A stretch of 64,000 nt of DNA, from the NCBI GenBank assembly GCA_049322915.1, contig JBMOPW010000016.1:199971-263970 (forward strand). The letters are read 5' to 3'. Positions within the stretch are counted from its first letter, which is position 1. Every line of letters starts with the position of its first letter. The DNA is from Candidatus Zhuqueibacterota bacterium (lineage in GTDB: Bacteria > Zhuqueibacterota > Zhuqueibacteria > Thermofontimicrobiales > Thermofontimicrobiaceae). The translations under genes were made by a program, and so were the position numbers. The notes beneath the pieces were generated by a model. That model did not search any database. It worked only from the letters and a program-made list of their open reading frames with translations, and was not told where the DNA came from. Of this stretch, positions 38,445 to 49,071 are shown one piece after another.

Positions 38445-40517
38445 TTACTTTTGCAGAAAACGCTCTTTAAATGTTGGTTTTTCTCCGGCCATTTTCATAA
38501 ACAGGTCGAGCGGAACCAGTTTGAACTCGTCGCTCAGTTTGTCCAGTATCCCCTTCACGCGCTTCACATCGCTGGATTCCCGGACATGCACGAGCAGAAA
38601 ATAGGGCCGTTCCGCGTTGATGGCGGCCAACTCGTGCAGGTCGGCCACGGCGTCCGCTTCCGGGCGAGTCGGGGACAGGTAGTAATCGTACGAAATCAGT
38701 GGCCGCGAGTCCCGCGCCGTGAAGGTGAAGGACGGGGCATAGCCGTTGATGAATCCGATGGCGTCCGGCATGTTTTGATAATAGGCATCGACAATTTCCC
38801 TCGTCAGTTCGGTGTTGCCCTCCACGGTTGCGCCCTCGGAATAGTCCATGATTTCGAAGATTTTCAAATCGAGCCGCTTCATCAAATCGTACGTGCGGAG
38901 GAGCAGCGGTGACATGAATTTGGCCGGCACAGCTTTGGGATACATGTATCCCGGCCCGGAGAGACAGCCGATGAAATAATCATTGGGCGTGGCTAACGTG
39001 TAAAAATATTCCAGCAAGCCCGGCGCCAGCCACGAGTAATTCATGATCACTTCCCAGGCATAGGGAATATCCCCGCGGCCCGGCTTCAGCCACGCGCCAA
39101 TGCCCAGACCATCGGTCTGGACGCATGAAATGTAAATCTTCTTTTCCGGCTTGTACTTTTTTCCCGGCTCAATGTGGTGATTGTTTTTCATCGAAAACCC
39201 TTTGGAAAACGGGATCTGGTGGTTGAAGCTGAAATTGGGCAGGGTGTGCAGACCTTCCACTGTATGGCCGTAGTTGGACGTGAGGGTGACGTGATCGCGC
39301 TCTTTATCCTTGGCATAGCTGTGCCAGCCCATTACCAGGGACATGGGCTTCATCTCGCTTAATAATTTATTGGCCAGCGCGTATTCTTCGGCATCCTCCG
39401 GCCGGGAGGACAAATCGCTGAAGAATACGTTGTTGTACATGCCCCAGTCGGCCACGCCCGGTTTCATCACCGGGCCGGCATCGCCGCCGAGCCACACAAT
39501 GAGCTCTTTGTTGCAGCGCGCCCAGTACTGATTATAGGCCCAGGTGTAAATCTGCGCATCGCTCTGACCGGTGAATTTGCCGCGGAAATCCTCTTTCATG
39601 ACAAGGCCGGCTTTTTCGACCAGGGGAATCAGTTCCTCGGTGACAACCACGGCGCGCTCCAGGCCGGCGACCGTGAACGCAACGATGAGCGACGTGCGAA
39701 CCGATTTGTCCCAGACCACATATCCAGCGGCGTATTGTTTGAGTGTATTCAGCGCCTGTTCTGCGGACTTCAATTCCACGAACGAATAGCTGCGCTGGTT
39801 TTTATAATAATCGAATACAGACGCCGTGTAGTTGAATGGCCAGGTTGGTGGATAAATGAAATAGAGCAAGGGGCCGTTAACATTAGCCACGCCCTGCAGG
39901 CTGATGAGAAATGCCTGTTGTCCGAGCCCGGCCTGCACATTCCAGTCGTCTTCGAGGCGCATGAAAAAGGCGTTCCGTTCGTTCGCGCGTTTTAACAGGT
40001 ATCGGACGTCCGGGCCGGTTTTGCGCGTCGAGCGGTCGATTGTGTAGATGAGCAATTCGTCATCGCTGGAAAGCTGATACCGGTGTTTGCTGGTGATGAG
40101 AGATTCGCCCTGGGAACTGCTGATGCTGTACTTTTGCACCATGCTGAGGCTCCCTGTTGTTTTATCAAAAGTCGCGCTAACGTCCCGCGCCCCGGCCACA
40201 GGCATGGATAGCCCCATGAATACATTGGTCGGAAATACACGGGAGGTGACGGGAAATTTATGAAATACACCATCCGGTTTTAACCGAAAGGTATCGGCGT
40301 AACTGCGGCTGAGTCCCCATTTCTCAATGATAGTGACAAGGCTGTCGGTTTGGTTGATGTCAATGGAAAGCGTTTCGTACAGACCAATCTCACTGCTCTT
40401 TTCCGGGATGAGCTTCCAAACGCCATTCAGGTTCGCCTTCGCCCCGGCAGAAGAAACGGCTGTTCCTCCGAACAGCGCCACGAGAAAAATACACATACAG
40501 CGCATGAAATAAGACAT
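38445..40517 (-). CDS. Secreted GxGYxYP-motif putative glycoside hydrolase (paralog 1)
   Basis: SGPGYMYP; ISLQGVAN; signal peptide; GGAGGG RBS before ATG 40517. Confidence 0.85.
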   Translation of the reverse strand: MSYFMRCMCIFLVALFGGTAVSSAGAKANLNGVWKLIPEKSSEIGLYETLSIDINQTDSLVTIIEKWGLSRSYADTFRLKPDGVFHKFPVTSRVFPTNVFMGLSMPVAGARDVSATFDKTTGSLSMVQKYSISSSQGESLITSKHRYQLSSDDELLIYTIDRSTRKTGPDVRYLLKRANERNAFFMRLEDDWNVQAGLGQQAFLISLQGVANVNGPLLYFIYPPTWPFNYTASVFDYYKNQRSYSFVELKSAEQALNTLKQYAAGYVVWDKSVRTSLIVAFTVAGLERAVVVTEELIPLVEKAGLVMKEDFRGKFTGQSDAQIYTWAYNQYWARCNKELIVWLGGDAGPVMKPGVADWGMYNNVFFSDLSSRPEDAEEYALANKLLSEMKPMSLVMGWHSYAKDKERDHVTLTSNYGHTVEGLHTLPNFSFNHQIPFSKGFSMKNNHHIEPGKKYKPEKKIYISCVQTDGLGIGAWLKPGRGDIPYAWEVIMNYSWLAPGLLEYFYTLATPNDYFIGCLSGPGYMYPKAVPAKFMSPLLLRTYDLMKRLDLKIFEIMDYSEGATVEGNTELTREIVDAYYQNMPDAIGFINGYAPSFTFTARDSRPLISYDYYLSPTRPEADAVADLHELAAINAERPYFLLVHVRESSDVKRVKGILDKLSDEFKLVPLDLFMKMAGEKPTFKERFLQK

Positions 40518-40779
40518 GATTCCCTCCATGATTGAAATGAAAAAAAGCCATCGCATTGATGGATGCGAACTACCGCCGTTGTTTCATCCCCGAAGATACT
40601 GACAGGCATTGGGCCGGGCCAGACGGTATTGCCGTCAGTTTAAGGAATTAAAAATTTCACTCTCGGTCACAATCACGCCAGAGATGGATGCGACTTTGTT
40701 GCATTGTCAGCTAACAGTTCACAATTCTCAATTCACTATGATAATTTGGTCGAATCGAAAAAGCACAAGCATTCTATTG

Positions 40780-40912
40780 ATATGAATGACCAGTAGAAAT
40801 TTTGGTGCCTGTATTCTTTTGGACATACGTGTAGTGGACGGTCGCGACCGTCCAATACAGCTACAAAAAAGTATAGAATTTATTGCGCCTGCTTTCACCG
40901 AGTCATTCATAT
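40780..40912. mobile_element. MITE-like element copy A
   Basis: TIRs ATATGAATGAC/GTCATTCATAT; central hairpin GTAGTGGACGGTCGCGACCGTCCAATAC; aligns to reverse complement of 42812-42949. Confidence 0.75.
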
Positions 40913-41010
40913 TATAGAATAATCTTTGAAAAATACAAGAGAAAAGTGATGAGCCATTCGGATGAAATAGATTGACCGCGTGCCCCCGGTATTCAATCCC
41001 TTAAAAATGA

Positions 41011-41040
41011 AAATAGCTGAGAATGATTTCCCAGCTATTT
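41011..41040 (-). terminator. Intrinsic terminator of the C1A protease gene
   Basis: AAATAGCTG...CAGCTATTT stem followed by a T-rich run on the minus strand. Confidence 0.6.
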
Positions 41041-41075
41041 CGTCAATTGTCAAATTCAGGCTGTCCGGCGAACAG

Positions 41076-42728
41076 CTACCTCAGGAACATCATTTTGCGA
41101 TTGAATACCTGGTCTCCGGCAATCAGTCGGTACACGTACATGCCGGAGCTGACGAGTTGGCCGGCATGGTTACGGCCATCCCACTGAGCGATGTGCGTCC
41201 CGGCAGTTCGCGCGCCGCTGACCAGCGTTTGAATTTCTTCTCCCAGCAGATTGAATATTTTCAATTCAACATGCGATTGAGCCGGCACACTGAATTCGAT
41301 GGTCGTGGTCGGATTGAACGGATTGGGATAGTTCTGGGCTAACGAATATCCCGGGACAACAGAAGGCTCATCCGTTGCAACCTGATTGGAGCCTGGGTAT
41401 GTGACCAGCCCTTTGATGCAGAAATTGGCAGTGCCGTTGGGCCAGGGATAGAGATTGGAATCGTACAAATCCTGCCAGGCATCGCCGCTCCTGTAATAGC
41501 TTTCCCCTGGATGGGCAATGGATTCAACGACTGTGGCTTTGAGGCTGGAGCCCAGCAGCACCGGGATTTCCGACGTGCGGTCGAAAGGCTGTCCGCCGTG
41601 CGAAAGATTGAGGTAGATGAAAAAGTCATCGCCGTACGAGAGATTGACCGGCGAAGGCAGATCGATGGTGTGAAATCCGGTGTACTTGATGACGCCGCTG
41701 ACTGAGGCTAACTCATCGTGCAATTGGCCATTTTCGAACCGATCGAAAATTTTGACGGTATATCCCACTTCATCAGCTGCGGTGTAAAAACTGACCGCCT
41801 TCAGAAGTTCCTCGCCTCCGGCGACGAACGCGTTGAAAGCTTCAGTGCAGCCGGCCATTGTATCGCGCCAGCCGTGATAGTCGTGATAATAAATGTAATC
41901 ATAAGCCAATGGCTCGACGTTCTGGAAGGAGACAGCCCCCATCTCCGGATGCTTGCAACTGTGCTTGTCTTCGTAGGCAATCCAGAAATAACCGTTCAAT
42001 CCCCAGGAACTGTGCCAACTGTTTTTGCAAAGCCATGCCCCGGGATTCGGCGCCTGCGTTAATTTGGCGTCGTTCCAACCGACGATGGCGATCGCATGAT
42101 TGGGATCATTGGCATCGGTTGCAGGCTGGTAATGGGTATAAGTCCCTGTTTTGATGAAGTTGTTCGTGTAAAACATGCAGGTTCCCATAACGCCATCGGA
42201 CATGATTGTATTTTTGATGACCTTGACGTAATCAACCCCGGTCGACGGGCCGTACCACTCAATATCCCGCGCGTAATAAATGTGATAGGTTGAATCGTAT
42301 CGCGCCGGTGGATATTCGTAGGACTGGCCATCTTGCTCGCGGACAGCGCCCTCGCCCCGCGCCAGATAGGCGGAGGTGACCCGATAGTCGCCGCCGAGGT
42401 GCACTTCCAGTCCTCCGGTCTCCGGCGCAATGTCGTCGTTATTGAATTGATTGAATCCGTTCCACCAATCCAGATGGTACTCGGCCAGATCCGGTTCGCC
42501 TGATTCGCCGACGATCATCCACACTTTGGTTATGAGCAGATTGCCCTCCATGGCGGCCATGGCGCCATGAGTCCAGCAGGTTCCGCCGGTTTGACTTTTC
42601 ACGGAGGTCACGTAGTTTTTTCCATTGGCACTGCGCAAATCGTAGGTAGCAGGTGGATCATCCGCGCGCAGCGCCGGGGCGAATGAAATTAACATGAAAA
42701 ATAGGGTGTAAATCAATGTTCGTTTCAT
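41076..42728 (-). CDS. Secreted papain-family (C1A) cysteine protease with lectin-like domain and FlgD-Ig CTD
   Basis: [10 protein letters not shown] (Cys), NHAIAIVGW (His), KNSW (Asn); [14 protein letters not shown]. Confidence 0.92.
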   Translation of the reverse strand: MKRTLIYTLFFMLISFAPALRADDPPATYDLRSANGKNYVTSVKSQTGGTCWTHGAMAAMEGNLLITKVWMIVGESGEPDLAEYHLDWWNGFNQFNNDDIAPETGGLEVHLGGDYRVTSAYLARGEGAVREQDGQSYEYPPARYDSTYHIYYARDIEWYGPSTGVDYVKVIKNTIMSDGVMGTCMFYTNNFIKTGTYTHYQPATDANDPNHAIAIVGWNDAKLTQAPNPGAWLCKNSWHSSWGLNGYFWIAYEDKHSCKHPEMGAVSFQNVEPLAYDYIYYHDYHGWRDTMAGCTEAFNAFVAGGEELLKAVSFYTAADEVGYTVKIFDRFENGQLHDELASVSGVIKYTGFHTIDLPSPVNLSYGDDFFIYLNLSHGGQPFDRTSEIPVLLGSSLKATVVESIAHPGESYYRSGDAWQDLYDSNLYPWPNGTANFCIKGLVTYPGSNQVATDEPSVVPGYSLAQNYPNPFNPTTTIEFSVPAQSHVELKIFNLLGEEIQTLVSGARTAGTHIAQWDGRNHAGQLVSSGMYVYRLIAGDQVFNRKMMFLR

Positions 42729-42811
42729 AACTGATTCCTTTTCAGAATGCCGGAAAGACAACAGTATCGCCCTTCGAAATGTCCGTCATTTCCGTCGTGT
42801 CGATGAATTCC

Positions 42812-42949
42812 TAATATGAATAACCCGTTGACAGCATGTGCAATAAATTCGATACTTTTTTATATCTGCAGTGGACGGTCGCGACCGTCCACTGCGCGTA
42901 TATCCAATAATAATAGGGACGCCAAAATTTTAACTGGTTATTCATATTA
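42812..42949. mobile_element. MITE-like element copy B (inverted relative to copy A)
   Basis: Perfect 14-bp TIR TAATATGAATAACC/GGTTATTCATATTA; central palindrome GCAGTGGACGGTCGCGACCGTCCACTGC. Confidence 0.78.
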
Positions 42950-43113
42950 CGATAAGACTACAGAGCCGAAGGATTTTGGACGCCTCTGCCGCCGGACACT
43001 TTCAGGTAGAAGAGGCGCCGTTTCTGTCTTTCCGATGACATACAGGTGAAATCGTAACAGGTCGATGGATCGGCTTTAATTTTGGGACAACGCCGGTCTG
43101 CCAGCACATCGCC

Positions 43114-45264
43114 CTAATTTTTAATTCCTGACAAATGAAACATAAACGCGTATTCCAACGCCGTTTCCTTGTAGCGTTCAAATCGGCCGGACTTGCCGCC
43201 ATGTCCTGCTTTCATATCGGTTTTCAGCAGCAGAATATTCTGATCTGTCTTCATAGTCCGCAATTTGGCGACCCATTTGGCCGGTTCCCAGTACTGCACC
43301 TGGGAATCGTGGAGCCCGGTCGTCACGAGCATGGCCGGGTACGGCTTTGCTTCAACATTGTCATACGGCGAATAGGAAAGCATGTAATCATAATATTCTT
43401 TGACATTGGGATTGCCCCATTCATCGTATTCACTGGTGGTGAGTGGGATGCTTTCGTCCAGCATGGTGGTGATTACATCCACCCAGGGCACCTGGGCAAT
43501 GACTCCCTTGAATAAATCCGGCCGCATATTCACCACAGCGCCCATTAATAAACCGCCGGCGCTGCCGCCCATGGCGAACAGGTTTTCCTGGTTGGTGTAT
43601 TTTTCAGCAATCAGAAATTCAGCGCAGTTGATGAAATCAGTGAATGTATTTTTCTTCTTCAATAACTTCCCGTTTTCGTACCAGTCCCGGCCCATTTCCT
43701 GACCGCCGCGAATATGGGCGATGGCATACACAAACCCTCTGTCCAGAAGACTCAGTCGCACGGAGCTGAACGTGGCGTCCATGCTGGCGCCGTACGAGCC
43801 ATAGCCGTACAGCAGCAGGGGATTCGCGCCGTTGGTCACCAATCCTTTTTTATATACCAGCGAGATGGGTATTTTTGTTCCATCTGTCGCCGGGGCGTAC
43901 AGACGTTTTGATTCATAATTTTTTGGATCGTATCCGCCGAGCACTTCCTGCTGTTTGAGCAGGGTCTGTTCGCGGGTTTGCATATTGTAATCGTAGGTGG
44001 AATTTGGGGTCGTCAGGGACGTGTAGCTGTATCGCAGCAGATTGGTATCGAATTCCAGATTTGTCGTCGGATACGCCAGATAGGCCTCGTCTGGAAATTC
44101 CAGAGAATAGGAATTGCCGCTTTTGTGCTCGGTGACTTTTATCTGCTGCAGCCCATTTTGCCGCTCACTCACCACCAGATAATCCTTGAAAATATCGATT
44201 CCCTCCAGCAGCACATCGGTGCGATGGGGGATGACTTCTTTCCAGTTTTCTTTGGACGTCCGGGCGACATCGGTTTGCATCAATCTGAAATTTTTCGCCT
44301 GCCAGTTGGTGACAATGTAGAATGAATTCCCGAAATGGTCTACACTATATTCATGGTCTTTTTCGCGCTTCTGAACAATCTTAAATTCACCGTCCGGCGA
44401 ATCTGCTTTCAGGAATCGATACTCCGTGGAAAGCGTGCTGCCGGAGACAATGAACAGGAATTCTCTGGATTTGGATTTGTAAACATAGGTTCCGAACGTA
44501 TTATCCGTCTCGTGGAAAATGAGCCGGTCCGTTTCCGAACTGGTTCCCAGCACATGCTTCATGATTTTTTCCGGCCGCAGCGTGCTGTCTTTGGTCACGT
44601 AGAAGACCGTCTTATTGTCGTTGGCCCAGGTGGCGCCGCCGGTCGTGTTGGGAATCTGATCCGGCAGGATTTCGCCGGTGCCCAGATTTTTGAAATAAAT
44701 TGTGTATTTTCTCCGGCTGACAGTATCCACGCCGAACGCCAGAAATAGATTATCCTCGCTCACTTCCAGTCCCTGAACCTGATAGAATGCATGGCCCGTT
44801 GCCATTTCATTGACATTGAGCAGTATTTCTTCCGGCGCATCCAGCTTGCCTTTTTTCCGGCAATGGATGGGGTATTCTTTTCCCTCTTCGAAACGGGAGT
44901 AATAGAAATATCCATTGCTCATGTACGGCACGGACATGTCGGTTTGTTTGATGCGGCCGACGATTTCATTGAACAACTTCTGCTGCAGCTTTTCTGTGTG
45001 CGCCATCATCGATTCGAGGTAAGTATTTTCAGCGGTCAAATACTCGATCACTTTGGGATTTTCGCGTTCCCTGAGCCAGAAGTAGTTGTCGATTCGGGTA
45101 TCGTTGTGAATGGTCAATTCCTTCGCAATCTGCTCGGCAACGGGCGGAGTGACCGTTGCGGTTTTTTGTGTGATATCTGCACACCCTGTCCAGAGCCCCA
45201 CAAATAGAAAAGCGCTCAACACCAGGACAGTGAAACGAATGGAAAATTTGTCGAATGACTTCAT
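43114..45264 (-). CDS. ptrB: Oligopeptidase B (S9A), probable lipoprotein
   Basis: DNYFWLR, YGYGSYG, GGSAGG (Ser), HDSQV (Asp), AGHGGKSGR (His); LWTGC lipobox. Confidence 0.93.
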   Translation of the reverse strand: MKSFDKFSIRFTVLVLSAFLFVGLWTGCADITQKTATVTPPVAEQIAKELTIHNDTRIDNYFWLRERENPKVIEYLTAENTYLESMMAHTEKLQQKLFNEIVGRIKQTDMSVPYMSNGYFYYSRFEEGKEYPIHCRKKGKLDAPEEILLNVNEMATGHAFYQVQGLEVSEDNLFLAFGVDTVSRRKYTIYFKNLGTGEILPDQIPNTTGGATWANDNKTVFYVTKDSTLRPEKIMKHVLGTSSETDRLIFHETDNTFGTYVYKSKSREFLFIVSGSTLSTEYRFLKADSPDGEFKIVQKREKDHEYSVDHFGNSFYIVTNWQAKNFRLMQTDVARTSKENWKEVIPHRTDVLLEGIDIFKDYLVVSERQNGLQQIKVTEHKSGNSYSLEFPDEAYLAYPTTNLEFDTNLLRYSYTSLTTPNSTYDYNMQTREQTLLKQQEVLGGYDPKNYESKRLYAPATDGTKIPISLVYKKGLVTNGANPLLLYGYGSYGASMDATFSSVRLSLLDRGFVYAIAHIRGGQEMGRDWYENGKLLKKKNTFTDFINCAEFLIAEKYTNQENLFAMGGSAGGLLMGAVVNMRPDLFKGVIAQVPWVDVITTMLDESIPLTTSEYDEWGNPNVKEYYDYMLSYSPYDNVEAKPYPAMLVTTGLHDSQVQYWEPAKWVAKLRTMKTDQNILLLKTDMKAGHGGKSGRFERYKETALEYAFMFHLSGIKN

Positions 45265-45337
45265 GAACCCTCCAAATTAAATGATGTGTTCGCGGAATAG
45301 CAAGGTGCTTTCCGTTTTGAAGATGAATTATAGGCGG

Positions 45338-46906
45338 CTACTCGCGCCGGCCAACGATATAGTTCTTTGCCAGATCATTGAATCGTCGAATTTGTTCTTT
45401 TTTCCAGGCTCCTTTTTTGTTCAATTCGCGGGCTAAAAGTTCAGCGACTGTCGGGGCCATTTCCAGGCAGGCCCGCGCATTGAGAAGCAGGGCACGCGTG
45501 CGTCGTGACAGAAAATCATCAATGGTACGCGCCATTTCATATCGGGCCGCCCAGACCACTTCGCCGGCCAGATAGGGCAGGGAAGGATGCAGCGGCCTGG
45601 AATAGCTGGCCTCATCCCGCAGCAGGTCAAGCAAAGCCGGAGCGTCCGAGCCATAGCTCGCCAGTTCACCAAACTGGTCGGCGTTTTTGTGATAGCCGTG
45701 AATATGAAGATCGTGAGTGACGCAGGAAACTGTATTGAGCTGCGCCAGCACAGCGGCCTGGTCGATGGTGTCCTCGGCCATTTTTCGGTAGGTAGTCCAT
45801 TTGCCGCCGGTGATGGTGACCAGCCCGAATTGAGAGATATGCACCACGTGATCGCGGGAGATGGCCGCGGTATTTTCCGAATCGCCGACAGCCACAAGGG
45901 GTCGGAGGCCGGCAAAGGCGCTCAGCACATCCGCCGGGGTGGGATCCTTGCTCAAATAGCGCGCTGCATGGCGGATGAGAAAATCGATTTCCGAAGGCAG
46001 CGGAACCGGCTCCAGCGGAATTGTCGTGACCTCGGTATCAGTCGTGCCCACGAGCACGCAATTCTGCCAGGGAATGGCGAACAGAACGCGGCCGTCATCC
46101 GTGTGCGGCACCATAATGGCGCTGTCACCGGGCAGGAAACTCCTGTCCAGCACAATGTGCACGCCCTGGCTGGGACGGATCATCGGCCGGGAAGTTGGGT
46201 CTTCCATGACCCGAATTTCATCCGCGTAAACCCCGGTCGCATTGATGACGCAGCGAGCTGCCAACGAATATTTTTTCCCGGTCTCGATGTCCTTTGTCAC
46301 AACGCCATCCACGAAATGGTCTGTCCTGGAAAGCGATTCGGCGCGCATGTAATTGACCAGCGTGGCGCCCTGTTCCGCGGCCGTCCGGGCCATATTCATC
46401 ACGAGCCGGGCGTCATCGAACTGGCCGTCGAAATACATCACGCCGCCGCGCAAGCCATTGGTCTCCACGGTGGGGAGGTGTTGCAAGGTCTGCTCGAATG
46501 ATAAAATTTTCGAATGGCCAAATCCGTGCTTCCCGGCCAGAATGTCGTACAGCTTCAATCCAATGCCGTAAAAGGGGGACTCCCACCAGTCATAATTCGG
46601 AACGATAAACGGAAGGTTATGAACGAGGTGCGGCGCATTCTGTAGCAGCAATCCCCGCTCCTTCAACGCTTCGAGGACGAAGGAGACGTTGCCCTGCTGC
46701 AAATACCGCACACCGCCGTGAATCAGTTTGGTGCTGCGACTCGATGTGCCCTGGCCAAAATCGGCCTGCTCGAGCAAAAGCGTCTGATAGCCGCGCGACG
46801 CTGCATCAATAGCCACGCCCATGCCGGTGGCGCCTCCGCCAATGACGATGAAATCCCATTTCTTCGAAGTCATTTGAATTCGTTCAATCATTTCGTCGCG
46901 GTTCAT
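45338..46906 (-). CDS. glpD: FAD-dependent glycerol-3-phosphate dehydrogenase
   Basis: VIGGGATG, GTSSRSTKLIHGGVRYL, DGQFDDAR, GGKWTTYRKMAE; GGAGGT RBS before ATG 46906. Confidence 0.95.
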   Translation of the reverse strand: MNRDEMIERIQMTSKKWDFIVIGGGATGMGVAIDAASRGYQTLLLEQADFGQGTSSRSTKLIHGGVRYLQQGNVSFVLEALKERGLLLQNAPHLVHNLPFIVPNYDWWESPFYGIGLKLYDILAGKHGFGHSKILSFEQTLQHLPTVETNGLRGGVMYFDGQFDDARLVMNMARTAAEQGATLVNYMRAESLSRTDHFVDGVVTKDIETGKKYSLAARCVINATGVYADEIRVMEDPTSRPMIRPSQGVHIVLDRSFLPGDSAIMVPHTDDGRVLFAIPWQNCVLVGTTDTEVTTIPLEPVPLPSEIDFLIRHAARYLSKDPTPADVLSAFAGLRPLVAVGDSENTAAISRDHVVHISQFGLVTITGGKWTTYRKMAEDTIDQAAVLAQLNTVSCVTHDLHIHGYHKNADQFGELASYGSDAPALLDLLRDEASYSRPLHPSLPYLAGEVVWAARYEMARTIDDFLSRRTRALLLNARACLEMAPTVAELLARELNKKGAWKKEQIRRFNDLAKNYIVGRRE

Positions 46907-47039
46907 CTGTACCTCCGTTTCGTCCATTTCGCAATTGGGAAAAGTGATCGGGAATTCGCGGATTCTCCTTCCGATCGCGCGCCAGAGGGTAACCTGGACT
47001 TTTGTCCTTCCCCCAACCGTGTTGCCGGTTTTTCGCTGT

Positions 47040-48020
47040 TCACAGGCGATGAAGCCTGTCGATCCAGCGATTGAGTTTATCCATCATTCGCACCAGGATT
47101 GGATTCCTGTCGCGCGTCAGAAATTCATTGATGATGTTAGCGCATTCCGGCGTCCGCAGGTAGCCGAAATCCTTGTGCGAATTTTTCACGCCATTCATTT
47201 CGTAATTATTGTAGACGACGAGATCGGTGACTTTGATATGCCGGGAATTGGGCTGGAATTCGTCGGCCAGTTCGTAATTGAAAGCGACTTTATCATTGAG
47301 GTCGGACAGATTGTACCAGGAACGCCGGACGTTTTCCGGCGTGGCGAGTTGTCCCGGGCGCCCCTTCCGCTGTTTCAGTTCGGTGATCGTCTTGTTGACA
47401 ATGGCCGGTATTCCCAGGGGCGAACCAATGGTGACGAGGGTGTCGATTGTAACATCCGGCGCAGTTTGCGTCAATACATCATAGGATAAAATGGAACCCA
47501 TGGAATGACCGATGAGAAGTATTTCCTTGTTCTTGTGCTTTCGCAACACCGAAGCCAGGTGCTCCCGGAGCACGTGTTTCACCGGCCGCGTCTCCCTGTT
47601 TTTATCCTGACACGTTCCGGAATAATACTGATCCAGGTCTGTAAAAAAATGTTTGATGATATAGTCTGAAATGCCTGAAAAATTGATGGATAAATCCTCG
47701 TTCAAAAATACTTTCTCCAATTCCTTTTCAAGGTAGTTCAGAATTTTTCTTTTCAGGTCGCTCGGTTTTTTCATCACGGTGTCTCTGGCCGGCTGATAGG
47801 GCTCTTTCAAATACAGAGGGTGCTCTTTGTCTTTGATCGAAACATCGAGCGGCTGGTCGTGGAGAAAATCCGCCCAGTACACAAATTCGAATGTGAAAAA
47901 TTGAATCGGGTAGCCGATCGATTTCAATCCCTCGCGGATCGATTTTTCCCACCATTTTTTCATGATGCGTTGCGGTGGCTTTTTCCCGAGTCCATGGATT
48001 CCGATGATGATCTTGGCCAT
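47040..48020 (-). CDS. Alpha/beta-hydrolase (putative lipase/phospholipase)
   Basis: IHGLG, GHSMG nucleophile elbow, TIGSPLG, DKVA, SHKD. Confidence 0.75.
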   Translation of the reverse strand: MAKIIIGIHGLGKKPPQRIMKKWWEKSIREGLKSIGYPIQFFTFEFVYWADFLHDQPLDVSIKDKEHPLYLKEPYQPARDTVMKKPSDLKRKILNYLEKELEKVFLNEDLSINFSGISDYIIKHFFTDLDQYYSGTCQDKNRETRPVKHVLREHLASVLRKHKNKEILLIGHSMGSILSYDVLTQTAPDVTIDTLVTIGSPLGIPAIVNKTITELKQRKGRPGQLATPENVRRSWYNLSDLNDKVAFNYELADEFQPNSRHIKVTDLVVYNNYEMNGVKNSHKDFGYLRTPECANIINEFLTRDRNPILVRMMDKLNRWIDRLHRL

Positions 48021-48063
48021 TCGCGTTCATTTCCTCCGCGTTAGTGTCAGTAAAATGTCGGGC

Positions 48064-48825
48064 TTACTGAGTGCAACAATTGAATTTCAACCAACCTGCG
48101 CGATCTGATGTGATTCCATCCAGGTTCAATGCGACGAACCGCTGCGCGTCGGTCACATTGTTTACAGTCCATACGTAAATTTTCAGACCGGCGTTTCGAG
48201 CTTTTTTCACAAAATTTTCATCCACTGCATCGCAGGCGAACAGGTCGACCCCATCCACACCGGCGCTCAGCGCCGAAGAAATGATATGTTCCGGATCCGG
48301 CCGCCAGCAATGGGTGACGATGTCTTTTTGGAGATGAAAGAGAAAACAAATCTCGTATTCAGGGACTAATTTTTTCGCCTGCGTCATGAGCGACAGGTCA
48401 AAGCCGATCAGTGTCACCTGATCCGGCCGAAGCGCGGATGCGCGGAGCACGGCTTTCAGAATTGGCAGCACAGATTCCCGGCATTTGATTTCGATGAATA
48501 TTCGTTTGTCCCCGGGAACCGCGGCCAGCACTTCATCGAGCGCGGGGATTCTCTGATTCGCCCATTGGCTGCCCTTCCATGCGCCGGCATCCAGATTCCG
48601 GAGTTCAGCGAGCGTCAAATCCCTGACGTTGTGATTTGCGCCAGTCGTTCTGCCTGTTGTGTCATCGTGAATGACAACAATCTTATTGTCTTTTGAAAGA
48701 TGAATATCCACCTCCACGGCGTCGGCATGTTGCTCCCAGGCAAGGTGAATCGCTGCCAGCGTATTTTCAGGCGCATCGTACGAAGCGCCGCGATGGGCAA
48801 TGAAGGATGGGTGAGATGGCTGCAT
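48064..48825 (-). CDS. Glycerophosphodiester phosphodiesterase (GDPD)
   Basis: IAHRGAS, PENT, EVDI, VIHD, IEIK, VWTVN, ITSD. Confidence 0.93.
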   Translation of the reverse strand: MQPSHPSFIAHRGASYDAPENTLAAIHLAWEQHADAVEVDIHLSKDNKIVVIHDDTTGRTTGANHNVRDLTLAELRNLDAGAWKGSQWANQRIPALDEVLAAVPGDKRIFIEIKCRESVLPILKAVLRASALRPDQVTLIGFDLSLMTQAKKLVPEYEICFLFHLQKDIVTHCWRPDPEHIISSALSAGVDGVDLFACDAVDENFVKKARNAGLKIYVWTVNNVTDAQRFVALNLDGITSDRAGWLKFNCCTQ

Positions 48826-48961
48826 GTCGTTTCCTTTCGCCGGATAGCGGTGAATTCGTTTCCCGGAGAGGCGCGGGAGTTGAATTCCCGTAACGCGGTG
48901 GTTGAGTTATAATATAACTAATTCAGCAAGAAATCAAGTGAAAAAAATGGCATTGACTAAA

Positions 48962-48992
48962 AAGTAGGTCAAAGCGGTGACTTGACCTACTT
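48962..48992. repeat. GTAG-type REP-like hairpin, possible terminator
   Basis: AAGTAGGTCAA-N9-TTGACCTACTT. Confidence 0.5.
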
Positions 48993-49071
48993 GTACGGAG
49001 TCCTCCGGAGCGCCAGTTCTGATCAGCTCAGGATGGTACTTTTTGGGAAGTGACGCTGTAACAAGACCAGG

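Noticed and set aside
40728..43049. Two similar small ORFs (40728-40910 and 42816-43049) as a peptide family
   Set aside because: Similarity is explained by the palindromic repeat element; the GRSRPS peptide is the translated hairpin.
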